A stretch of 64,000 nt of DNA, taken from contig NC_043000.1 of the NCBI RefSeq assembly GCF_006345805.1, positions 42,036,001-42,100,000 of the forward strand, in the 5' to 3' direction. Numbering within the stretch: position 1 is the stretch's first letter; each line of letters starts with the position of its first letter. The translations under genes and the position numbers were made by a program. This document shows positions 24,895 to 36,506 of this stretch, one piece after another. The notes under the pieces were generated by a model that was given only the letters and a program-made list of their open reading frames with translations, had not been told where the DNA came from and searched no databases. The DNA is from Octopus sinensis (lineage: Eukaryota).

Positions 24895-26819
24895 ATGGAG
24901 TTGTTCGAGATTGATGCGTCCCTTAAGGATATTCCTATACCACCAAAGGATGCCTTCCTTAAGGAGTTGGTTTGTAAAACCAACGCATTCATAAACCGGA
25001 TAAGATGGCTCATTTTCTTCCACGAGAACGAAGATCTAAAATCGAACCGGACAACTGCATCGTCCGAATACGGCCGGCTTTTTAAAACATTGGATACGCC
25101 GCCACCGAACCCAAGACTGAAGAAGTTTGAGGACGACTTGTGGGACATAGTCAGAAAGATTAAGTTCAGGAAGTCACCCAGGAGAAATGCCCACCTCAGA
25201 TACCTAGATAAAATTACCAAGGACATTAATAGAACGGACGGAGTCCTGGTCCAGTCCGACAAGACCAGGAACACATACAAGATGCCCATTAAGCAGTACC
25301 TAGATTTACTCGGTAAAGAGATCAAGAAAATTATAGAAAAACCAATTGGAGTACCCTGAGGAAGGTAAACTTGGAAATTAAGGATATAATATTTAAACAC
25401 CGAATTCAAATGAGAACTCAGCCGCTTAGCCCCAAGCAACCCAGATTTATAGTGAAGGACCATAAACCTAACTTCCACACCAACCCAGCGCTAAGACTCA
25501 TATGCCCTGCTAGATCTGATATCGGGATAATCAGTAAGTACATTTTAGATAAATATATCCCTAGTTTAGTAACAAGCTGAAGCTCAGCCTCTGGGCCAAC
25601 TCCTCGCAGGTAGTGAAGTGGTTCTCTTCCATCCCCAATAAGAACCGTACTAGGTTCATTCAGTTTGATATCGCCAGCTTCTACCCCTCGATTAACCCTA
25701 GTGTGCTAAATAAGGCCCTCTGGCATGCTCACAACAAGGCAGGCCTCACCAGAGAAGAGATAGATATCATCTTAGTTGCCAGGAAATCGTTTATAAGTTT
25801 GATAATAAGCTGTGGATCCGTAAGGATACTCCCAATGAATTTGATGTGCCTATGGGTAGTTCGGATAGTGCGCAGATAGCAGATTTGGTCGGAATATATA
25901 TTCTCTACGAATTGTCCGATCAATTCCCGGAAATCGCGGGCGGCCTGTATCGTGACGATTGTCTGTTTTACCTGCAAAACACCACGAACAGAATAGTGCA
26001 GAAAACTAAGAGCAGGTTAGCTAGGTTTTTTAATAGAATGGGCATGAGTATAGTTTTTGATAACGAACTCACCAAGGCTAATTTCTAGACGTTACACTTA
26101 ACCTTAATAGCGACTCATACTGCCCTTACCATAAGCCTTCCACTAATTTGAAGTATGTCAGTGTCTTCTCAAATCATGCCAAAACCGTAACAGACAATTT
26201 GGTTAAAAACATCTCTCTAAGATTGTCTGGCCTGTCCGCCAGTGCCGATATTTTTATGCAGAAAGCGGATTTTTATAACGCCGCACTATCCAAGGCCGGT
26301 TATAGGCAGAAGGTAATTTATATTGATCCGGCCCTTCCGATGCCATCATTCGGTCATCAGGATAGGGCCGTATATAATAACATTAACATTTTAAGTAAGG
26401 ACGGGAGCGCGGCGGATACCGGGGTAGTCGCTCCCGCATTTAATTTAGCGAACAAGGATAATTATCGGTCCGGGAGGTCTTACACTAACCCAAGACCCGT
26501 TATTCATCCGAGAATCACCCACCCAAATGCGAGAGCTGGCGTCCCGACCCATCACACTGATAGGAATAAGCATATATGGTTTGTAATCCCCTTTGGTAAG
26601 CAGATTAGAACTAACCTCCCCCTCATGTTTAGACAAGCCATCGCCAATAACTTCCCCAGAAATTCCAAATATTACTCCACGGTTAACTCACATAAAGTTA
26701 GGATAGCTTTCTCCAACACTAAAAACCTCGCCCAGATAATCGCCTCCCATAATAATAGGCTACTTACTAAGACCCTATCACCTTTTTCCGGAGGCACAGC
26801 CTCTTCCGCTCCCGCTTAA
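24895..26819 (+). pseudogene. PLE RT ORF1, right arm, with four 1-nt deletions (~25330, 25572, 25794, 26085)
   Basis: Same sequence as the left-arm ORF1 apart from single-base losses in short homopolymers; may be consensus errors rather than real lesions. Confidence 0.85.
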
Positions 26820-27575
26820 TGCTCAGTAGGAATAATTATAGTAGTAATAATGATATGAGAGCCAGTACAGTGACACATAATCTCAGCTCCAGCCAGGAGT
26901 ACCCACTAGGGGTATAGTTATAAATAGGGGTGTTGTGGTTGATGGTAACAATGGGAGTAGGGTAGAGAGCCCCTTTAGCATCCCCAGCATCATTTCCCGC
27001 AATAGCAGTACCACGGGCAGTAGCAATGACAGCACTCTGATAGATAGTGGAGAATCAGGGGTTATTCCTATAGTTAATAGTGACGTAGTGGAAAATAGAG
27101 TAGTAAGCGGCTGCAGGTCTCGGAACGAATATAGTGACAGGAACGCAGTTCTAATTTCAGAAACCAATCCTAGCAGAGTAAGATTCACGTCGGCGAACTC
27201 CAAGATCAAAAACGCCGTCTACCAATGCAAGGTTTACACGGACTCAGATGCCTTCACTTATATAGGGGCATCGTCCTCAAGATTGTCTTTGCGTGTCTCC
27301 ACCATTACGCAACTTTTCGGGACGTGAACAAGCGCCAGACCACGGGACTCAGTAAGCTAATATGGCGACTGAAGGATGCGAACTTAAGCTATAGGCTGGA
27401 ATGGTCAATTTTGTCGGTGGCCCTCCCATTTGATAGGGGCAGAAGACAGTGCAACCTTTGTGTCTCCGAACTCTTCCATATTTTGTTTGCCAGAGGCCGG
27501 ATGGTAAACGGGCTCTTACAGTCGGCTTTTCGATGCCCCCATTGGCGGCGTTACACTTATCTGGCCTTTAAATAG
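26819..27575 (+). pseudogene. PLE ORF2 (GIY-YIG), right arm, with two 1-nt deletions (~26897, ~27301)
   Basis: Same TAATG junction; supplies the in-frame LISETNPSRVRFTSANSKIKNAVYQCKVYTDSDAFTYIG segment that is broken in the left arm. Confidence 0.85.
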
Positions 27576-28187
27576 CGTTTATAAATAAGACCGGCACCCA
27601 TAGCCCTTGGTAACAAATTCTGAAATAGATTTTAAGATATCTACAATTAACCACTGCAAGGGAAATTACTCCTGTAAGACAAACGGGGCTTGTTTTTTCA
27701 CAGCGGGGGGTTTCCTTGTCAAGGTAGGCTTAGATGAACACACACACACACACACATAAAACATAAAATATATATATATAATTTCTTTATTTTTTTTCTT
27801 TCTGCCACCCAACGGTTATCACGGCAGTAGCCACTGACAGCCGAACGATCAAACGCACACACGTACACAAAAAATGTTTTCTACCCCTACGCCAACACAC
27901 ACATATATAGAACAGTATACACACACACACGTCTCTAAGTAGATTTTTTCTCGCCCCTTATAAAACATCCAATATTCTTTAAATAGTCAGAACTTTATTC
28001 TCGGTCACAAAGAACATCTATACGCCCTCACCCACATGTTTGACCGATGCCTGACTGTTGAATTCTTCAGCCACCGGTTCTCAACATACACTGATAAACA
28101 GTTTCGCCATGGGCTCTTAGGAGCACAGTTCGATTTGTTTTTTGCTCTGCCTCTGTTCTGTTTTTGTTTTTCCAACGGATTTCCTTT

Positions 28188-28276
28188 TTTCTTCCTGAAG
28201 AGAAAGACACAATATGGTCCCATTATTCAATCGGATTTTGGTAATTTGTGCCTTTCGAAACACGTGTAGAATGAAA
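28188..28276 (+). ncRNA. Type I hammerhead ribozyme, predicted cleavage GUA| after 28268
   Basis: CTGAAGA (28195-28201); stem II GAAAG.CACAA/TTGTG.CTTTC; GAAA (28257-28260); palindromic stem III ACACGTGT; H17=A; stem I TTTCTTC pairs with GAA(T)GAAA. Confidence 0.88.
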
Positions 28277-28449
28277 TAAAACGATTTCTGTTCAATCTGC
28301 GTTCAGCTCCATTTCTTCAATTCACCAATAATGTTTTAATTTCAATTATCCGCACCAACGCACGGTTGCAACGCCAGATGGTTGTACCTCCAACCGTGCT
28401 GTTCACTGCTGTGATTTTTGCTACTAAGGTATCGGTTAAACTTTTGATT

Positions 28450-28490
28450 AATCCACTACAAGATTATTCATCTTTCTATTTCACATAATA
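28450..28490 (+). repeat. 41-nt terminal redundancy (pseudo-LTR remnant) identical to 24810-24850
   Basis: AATCCACTACAAGATTATTCATCTTTCTATTTCACATAATA occurs at both ends of the right arm. Confidence 0.9.
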
Positions 28491-30214
28491 TATATATATA
28501 TATATATATGTGTGTATATATGTGGTGTGGTGTGTGTGTGCACGCATTATATATACAAATGTATACAAATTATATATATATATATGTATAAATTAAATTA
28601 GAGATAAAACCACTAATAGGCAAATGACAATGAAAAACCAAAAACAAAAACATAAAAATAAAAATATAATATAGAAAATATAAAATATAAAATTGAAAAA
28701 TTTAAATTATTTAAATTTAAAATAAAAATTATTAAATTATATTTATAATTTGTTTAAAAATATATATAACTATCAAAAAGTATTAAAAAGTTTAATATAC
28801 ATAAATACAGATATATACACTTTGTATATATACATTATATATACATATTTATTTATAGAACACACACACACACACATATATAAATGAACACAAGAAATAT
28901 CTGATTCATAATATTTGTTCTCATGATTGTGTGTTGTTGGTGGCGATAATAATTCTCTCTATGAATACAGACAGCGAGACAAAGAACGCTGTTTGACAAA
29001 CTTATAAAGGGAAACTGAAGGGGAGTTAGAGGGGAATGGAGGAAATAGCGTGAATGAGGAAGACAGATACGTAAAAGAATGAGAGTGGACTTGTGAAAGT
29101 GGGTTTTTGGCCCTAGCAACAACATCTTTTAAGATGGGGATTTCTAAGGTAGCCCATGGGCATCGTCACCTCATTTTACATGTCCCTGTAAATTTTGGAG
29201 TCAATCTGACAGGATGTAGTGGCCTTGAAAGCGATCCAAGCGGTCAAAACGCATTTCAGTCTTATATCATCATCATCATCATCATCATTTAGCGTCCGCT
29301 TTCCATGCTAGCATGGGTTGGACGGTTCAACTGGGGTCTGGGAAGCCAGAAGGCTGCACCAGGCCCAGTTTGATCTGGCAATGTTTTTACGGCTGGATAT
29401 ATTATATTGCCGGGAGACGCAATGGCCCAGTGGTTAGGGCAGCGGACTCGCGGTCGTAGGATCGCGGTTTCGATTCCCAGACCGGGCGTTGTGAGTGTTT
29501 ATTGAGCAAAAACACCTAAAAGCTCCACGTGGCTCCGGCAGGGATGGTGGTGATCCCTGCTGTACTCTTTCGCCACAACTTTCTCTCACTCTTACTTCCT
29601 GTTTCTGTTGTACCTGTATTTCAAAGGGCCGGCCTTGTCACTCTCTGTGTCACACTGAATATCCCCGAGAACTACGTTAAGGGTACACGTGTCTGTGGAG
29701 TGCTCAGCCACTTACACGTTAATTTCACGAGCAAGCTATTCCGTTGATTCGGATCAACCGGAACCCTCGTCGTCGTAACCGATGGAGTGCTTCCATATTT
29801 AGTCTTCACTTCAGCACTATTACTATTATTTTAGATTCTTTGTCAAAGTTCTTTTCACACATATTGTGACCTCTTCAGCAATTCTCTATTTGAATGTAAT
29901 TAGTTTTTTTTTTTCTTTTTGTTGACAACACTATTCCTACATAATTATTGTGTTATGACTTTTTACAAACAAAATAAATTATTTGTTAATGGACTGGAAC
30001 ATGTGTGAGTTAGAGGCCTTTGCAATAAACAACACAAAGTAATGCTGTAAACATGAGCAGACCAAATCGCTAATCTCTCAGATAATTTATCTAGTACTTC
30101 ACCTAACAACTTGGTCACTCATGAGCTTTATGTATGCAGGCAATACTTAAACAAGGTAAAAATGATTAAGTTAAAAAAACAGGTAGACAGATATATTTGA
30201 TTCTAGAATCTTAC

Positions 30215-30330
30215 TTGGCTTTCACTTCAGAAGTGATAACAATCTCGCCCATTGCGAGAGGGCTTGTGGCATTACCAATCAGATTTATGTCTTCAATAAC
30301 AGCACTTCCATTCATCAGCACTAATTTTCC
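30215..30330 (-). CDS. CFAP47: CFAP47-like exon: GKLVLMNGSAVIEDINLIGNATSPLAMGEIVITSEVKA
   Basis: cattgcAG acceptor, AA|GTAAGA donor; 116 nt, phase 0-2. Confidence 0.83.
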
Positions 30331-31607
30331 CTGCAATGAGAAATTATAATTGCTAAAAGATTATGACAGCTCTCCCTTAACTTCCTTCTTTAGCTATTGG
30401 TTTCACACAAACCAATGAAGGAGCATCAATGTGGTTGCATAACCTGCTGGATATAGCAATTACATTTACCTCAAATCACACCTGACCGTTGTACGAAAGG
30501 AAACATTGGATAAAGTATTTCTCAATATGCTACATCTGAAATACTAATGCTTGTATGTGTATTTTGAGCGAAACTTCAAGCTAAACACTACAAACAACAA
30601 CAGCAATATTTTAAACAAAATATTCTTTTCTGTTCTAGGCACAAGGCCTAAAATTTTGGAGGAGAGGGGGCAGTCGATTAGATCGACCTCAGTATGTAAC
30701 TGGTACTTGATTTATCAACCTCAAAAGGATGAAAGGCAAAGTCAGTCTCGGCGGAATTTTAACTCAGAATGTAAAGACAGATGAAATACTGCTAAACATA
30801 TCACCTGGCATGCTAACATTTCTGCCAGCTTGCTGTCATATTTTATATTAAATATTCTAATGCTACTGTTAGTAGTAGTTGGAATAAGGTGGTGAGCTGG
30901 CAGAATCGTTACCTTTTCAGACTGTTTAGGAGCCATATAGCAGACAAGCTGACCCCCTCATATTTCTTAATGGCAAAAATAGTATCTTTGCTATTGAACT
31001 GAGATTATTATTATCATCTTTGTAATTACCTTCATCACAGTACTTCAGAGAGGAAAATTACATACAATCATATGCAAAACTCTGCTTTGAGAAACATCCT
31101 ACAACCCAGCTTACTATTTCCCTTCCCCACCTATATCCGCTACTCTACTTCCAACAACGTATTCTGTATTACTCCAGAGATGCATCCTTAATCCATTCAG
31201 GAAAAACACCTCAGTCATTTATCTTCCTAAGTTCATTCATTCATTGATATTACATTTGTTTTTCCATGCTAGCATAGGTTAGACAGCATAATTTTCCTTT
31301 TTTGAGGCACTGTTGTCATAGCTGGATGCTCTTTTGGTTCTTAATATTTACCAGTATTTTTGTATTCATCTTGTCTTAGAAAGTACAGAACTTGAGAGCA
31401 ATCTGTAGAGAGGAAAAGTAAAAAAAACATGACCACTTGTAGCTTAGTGCAGAATGTAAACATACACAGACACAATCATAAACACACACACATATGAAAG
31501 GTTTGACTATAAAGAGTTTATGAGCTGGCCTTGTGGCAAAATTTGAAACCATGAGACATAGTCTATAGAAGTGTTGACTGAAATTAAGAACAGTGAGGAA
31601 AATTTAC

Positions 31608-31751
31608 TTTATATCCCTCTTCTAGTGCTGGTCTGTAGCAGATAGGATAGAAAGCAGTGGCATTTGCTGGTACAACCAAACTGTCTGGTCCTGAGAATGG
31701 ATCTCCTTCAACAATAGCTTTCAGTTTCCAGATATTACTGGTTGGATTTAT
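31608..31751 (-). CDS. CFAP47: CFAP47-like exon: INPTSNIWKLKAIVEGDPFSGPDSLVVPANATAFYPICYRPALEEGYK
   Basis: tatttcAG acceptor, AAA|GTAAAT donor; 144 nt, phase 0-0. Confidence 0.87.
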
Positions 31752-32383
31752 CTGAAATAAACAAATAAGCAGATATTTACAAAACACTGAAACTGACTGG
31801 GAAATTTTAAAATAATGCAAATAAAAAAATAAAAGAAATGTTAACGTTGAGTGAAAGGTCGGATACATCTGAAACTGGAAGTTGGTAATTATTAATTAAA
31901 GTTTTTATTCCAAATTAATTAACAATAGGTGCAGGAGTTGCTGTGTGAAAAGTAGCTTGTTTACCAACCACATGGTTCTGGGTTCAGTCCCACTGCGTGG
32001 TACCTTGGGCAAGTGTCTTCTACTATAGCCTCGGGCCGACCAAAGCCTTGTGAGTGGATTTGGTAGATGGAAACTGAAAGAAGGCCGTCGTATATATGTA
32101 TATATAGATATGCGTGTGTGTGTTTGTGTGTCTGTGTTTGTTCCCCCTAGCATTGCTTGACAACCGATGCTGGTGTGTTTATGTCCCTGTTACTTAGTGG
32201 TTCGGCAAAAGAGACCGATAGAATAAGTACTGGGCTTACAAAAGAATAAGTCCGGGGGTCGAGTTGTTCAGCTAAAAGGCGGTGCTCCAGCATGGCTGCA
32301 GTCAAATGACTGAAACAAGTAAAAGAGTAAAGATTATATCATGTTTCAGTTAATTTTCATAAAAGTGAAGAATTAGGAAAAGT

Positions 32384-33074
32384 TTAACCCTTTCTCAGTG
32401 AAATTATATTTTATGATTATATCAGTAATAATATTAAATATGTACTGAAAAATAGATTTGGGATTTTCTACAAGTTACATTGTCTCAATAAACTTGACAT
32501 ATCTTAAACAAAAAATAGTTTCAAATATGGCATACTTCAAAAGAAGATAGACTAGTATATAAAACTGCTTTCCACTGTTAAGAGCAATGAAACTTTGAGT
32601 GAATATATCTGTTGATATAGAGAATTTCTAACATATCAAGTGACCACGTTGAGAGTGTAGCTTGTTAGAGTCCTTAAACCTTCAACCCCCAAATCAAATT
32701 CCATGGGTATTTTAGGAATGATGTTAAATATTTACCAAAATAAAGAACTGGTATTTTCTGCAAGTCATGTTACCTTAGTAAACTTGACATATCATCATCA
32801 CTTAATATCTACTTTTCTATGCTTGCATGGGTCAGATAGAGTATATTTGAGGTGGATTTTCTACATCGATCTTTACCTGGTTCAAAGCAAGGTAATATTT
32901 CCCCAAGGCCAGCAAGCTTCTTGCCACACCGCTATGCTTGCACTTCAACAGAAAGTAGTTTCAGATATAACATTTCTTAACAAAAGATAGATTGGTATAT
33001 AAAACTGCTTTCCCATGGTTTAGGGTAATGAAATTTTGAATAGATATATCTGATTTCTGCAGTAAACGGGTTAA
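32384..33074. mobile_element. Probable piggyBac-type MITE with an internal direct duplication (related TTAACCCTTT elements at ~1412-1640 and ~6300-6539)
   Basis: TTAA|CCC...GGG|TTAA termini with imperfect TIRs. Confidence 0.5.
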
Positions 33075-33352
33075 GAAAATTAATTGTAATTAGTAGCTAC
33101 CAAGTCATAGAATTTTGTGGTCTTCAACTTAAATTTCAAATAAAACTTTGCTCAATAGGCGCAGGAGTGGCTATATAGGCGCAGGAGTGGCTGTGTGGTA
33201 AGTAGCTTGCTAACCAACCACATGGTTCCGGGTTCAGTCCCACTGCATGGCATCTTGGGCAAGTGTCTTCTGTTATAGCCCCGGGCCGACCAATGCCTTG
33301 TGAGTGGATTTGGTAGACGGAAACTGAAAGAAGCCTGTCGTACATATGTATG

Positions 33353-33385
<33 letters not shown>

Positions 33386-33800
33386 TTGTGTGTCTGTGTT
33401 TGTCCCCCTAGCATAGCTTGACAACAGATGCTGGTGTGTTTACGTCCCCGTCACTTAGCGGTTCGGCAAAAGAGACCGATAGAATAAGTACTGGGCTTAC
33501 AAAGAATAAGTCCCGGGGTCGATTTGCTCGACTAAAAAAAGGCGGTGCTCCAGCATGGCCGCAGTCAAATGACTGAAACAAGTAAAAAGAGAAAAAAAAA
33601 GAGTATGTATTGAGTGTTGATTTTATCTTTTATGTTAGCATCATTTTGTGCAATGATTCACACATACACGCACATATGAGCACACACAAGCACACACACA
33701 CACATACACACACATTATGAGAGTAGTGTTGGTGTCAGATGAGCCAGTATTGAAATGGGTAATGAATGAAATAGAATACGACGAGTTAATTTCCACTTAC

Positions 33801-33929
33801 AACTGGGATATCCTGTACTGTCTTCTGTAAAACAGGAGTCTGAAATTCTATTTCTATTTTACTTCCTTTTGGATAAGCTGTGCATTCAAGTTTATAAAGG
33901 CGTATGTCGTCCTTTGCTGACAATAAAAT
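33801..33929 (-). CDS. CFAP47: CFAP47-like exon: ILLSAKDDIRLYKLECTAYPKGSKIEIEFQTPVLQKTVQDIPV
   Basis: tttcaacAG acceptor, GTT|GTAAGT donor; 129 nt, phase 0-0; DIRxYxIEC...EFxTP...QDIP motif. Confidence 0.88.
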
Positions 33930-34606
33930 CTGTTGAAAAGAAGGAACGGAAAGAACAAAAGCTTCTTGTATAAAATCTTCATGAATGCATGATGTTCACA
34001 AAGGTAGGGTTTCTCAATACTTTTTGTGCTCATGGAATCCACAAGACTGGGAGAAAATTTTTAAAAGTTATTAATGTCTAAAAAAACTATATACATGTTG
34101 CCAATAACCATTAAAATAACACTATGAGCATAATTTATTCATTTTTCTTTCTTAATTTTGTGATAGGAATAACTCAGCTTCAGAAAGCTACAAATTTGGG
34201 CAGGTGAGTCAGTTGATTAAATTATCCTTAGTACTTGACTGGTATTTTATTTTATTTTGTTTACAGAAGGATAAATGATAAAGCCAATCTGTGCAAAATT
34301 TAAATCAAGAATGTAAAGTCACTAAATATCACAGGGCATTTTGTCACACGCCACCAGTTTTATCACTTTTAATAATAATAGAAGTCCTTTCAACTAAAGT
34401 CACAAAGCCTGAAATTTTGGTAGAGGGGATTAATCAATTACACTGACCCAATGATTCACTGGTACTGAAATTATCAACCCTGAGAGGATGAAAGGTAAAG
34501 TCGACTTTGGTGGAATTTGAACAGAACATAAAGATGGACAAAATACCACTAAGCATTTTGACTGGCATACTAACAATTCTGTCAGCTCACCACCTTTATA
34601 ATAATC

Positions 34607-34641
<35 letters not shown>

Positions 34642-34664
34642 ACTTTTAAAGGACATGTTCTTAC

Positions 34665-34747
34665 TTGACATTCAAAATGTCCACTGGATTCAGCACTAAA
34701 GGTCACTGGTACCCGGAAATGTTCATTTTGTAATCCAAGTATGTTCT
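34665..34747 (-). CDS. CFAP47: CFAP47-like exon: ENILGLQNEHFRVPVTFSAESSGHFECQ
   Basis: ttctgccAG acceptor, CAA|GTAAGA donor; 83 nt, phase 1-0. Confidence 0.82.
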
Positions 34748-36412
34748 CTGGCAGAAAGGTAAAAACAGAAATAATAATAATAATACATATGTAAATGGCA
34801 GGGAAAAAAATAATTAAGGAGTCAATAGACAAATATCAAGAAAACTATACAAAACTTTCTCTTTCACAAATACTCTCAAATATAAATCTACAAATGTTGA
34901 TAAGTTTTTAAAAGTGATAAAGTGCCTACAAATTTCTTGGGTGTGACTAAATCGAGCTCTTGGTACACAGAGTCTTCACATTATGGAAATTCAAGTTATC
35001 AGGGTGCTGCTTTGCTTTTGGTAAAAATGCATCTTGGCTTATAACATAGAAGTCAATAGAAAAATATTGTTTTGCATTATGGAATTTTGCAATTATGGTA
35101 AAGCTTTCAAGAATGCATCCATTCAGTAATGCCAAATTTACTGTATTATATATTTCATTGATTTCCAAAGGATGGAATACAAAATGAGCTGCTATAGCTT
35201 TTGAATTCAGAATTCAGAATGGTCCTAACTGAATACCACCAGGCATTCTTGTAGTATGCCATGCCAATCTAGCAATGTTTTTTTTGGACAAATATTGATT
35301 TCTGTCACAAACACAGTGTAAAGGGTAAAAACGCACTTCAGTCATGAATGACCATGAGATTGCACCATGAAAATTGCCCTCCAAGGCACAAGTCCGGGCA
35401 AGGTTGTTTGTGGAAGACCAGCAGTTGCCCATGCATACCAGCCCCCTCTCCATGCCACAGCTGTTATCAGAGAAAGGTAAAGGCTGATACAGCTCAGCAG
35501 CAATGATGTCACAACTCATTTCTACAGCTGGGTGAACCTGAGCAATGTGAAATTAAGTGTCTTGCTCAAGAATGCAGTCTGGTCCAGGAATTGAACTCAC
35601 CACCCCATGATTGTGAGCCCAATGCTTTAACCACTGAGCCATACACCTTCGCAAACACAAGACAACAAATTACTGGGCAGGAGGTAAAACCTAAATTGCA
35701 TCAATTCAGGATGCTACATAGGTTTCAGATTTTGACACACGACCAGCAGTTTTAGGGGAGGGGCTAAGCCGATTACATCGACCCCAGTGCTCAACTGGTG
35801 CCTGGAAGGCAAAGTCAACCTTTGAGTTGAGATTATGATGTAAAATGAAATTATGTATGAGTTAAAATTATGACTTTGAGATCTGTGGATATGTATGTTG
35901 TGCAGGGAAACAAGAAAGATGTTTTAGTGAGATTTGAACCTGTTTCTTTGTGATCTGTAGGTACGTGTTTTATTAAGGGACACAACAAAGTATCTAAAGT
36001 AAGACTGCAAAGTATATGATTTAACATCCTATCACCACAAAGGAACACCTCAGAATTCTGGGGACAAATCATGATGTTGATGATGATGGAAATGTTGGCA
36101 GTACTGGTGATGATGATGATGACGATGATGGTGATGGAATGTTTATAATGCATATTCTGACAGTAACATTGTTAACTTCATGTCAGTATTGATCAAGCAG
36201 GCCTATTATCAGATGTGTTCCATCTATGACCACCACATCAAGGACTATATTACCTGATCTATATTTCATTTTTTTTTAAGAAATTATGGTATGATTTTTT
36301 AAGTGGGTATTTGATTACTATTTCTAGCAGGCTGAGTGATGGCAAAAAGAGTCTTTTAATAAAGTTGTTGTGCTGTGGGAGTATTTTTTTTAACAAGTGT
36401 TTTGGTTCATAC

Positions 36413-36506
36413 CTTTTCTTGATTCTTTTACTTCAAAATGGATCGTATTTGGAAAACTGAAATTTCTGTTACTGTACTCGATATTGAATGTCAAAGTCTT
36501 CCTTTC
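36413..36506 (-). CDS. CFAP47: CFAP47-like exon: ERKTLTFNIEYSNRNFSFPNTIHFEVKESRK
   Basis: tctgtAG acceptor, G|GTATGA donor; 94 nt, phase 0-1; supplies exactly the phase needed between its neighbours. Confidence 0.78.

Larger units (their letters stand above)
21227..28490. mobile_element. Penelope-like retroelement (PLE): head-to-head inverted dimer inserted in (TA)n
   Basis: 21227-24775 is the reverse complement of the unit read in 24810-28490; PLE-type RT and GIY-YIG motifs, hammerhead ribozymes, (TA)n on both flanks. Confidence 0.93.

Noticed and set aside
24879-25478. 199-aa minus-strand ORF and its 148-aa mirror at 24224-24670
   Set aside because: Antisense shadow of the RT N-terminus; its length depends on a probable indel error; no recognisable motifs.
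28426-28490. Possible retained intron in the PLE leader (AAG|GTATCG donor)
   Set aside because: Penelope elements can retain introns, but the donor is mediocre and no convincing acceptor or branch point is visible.
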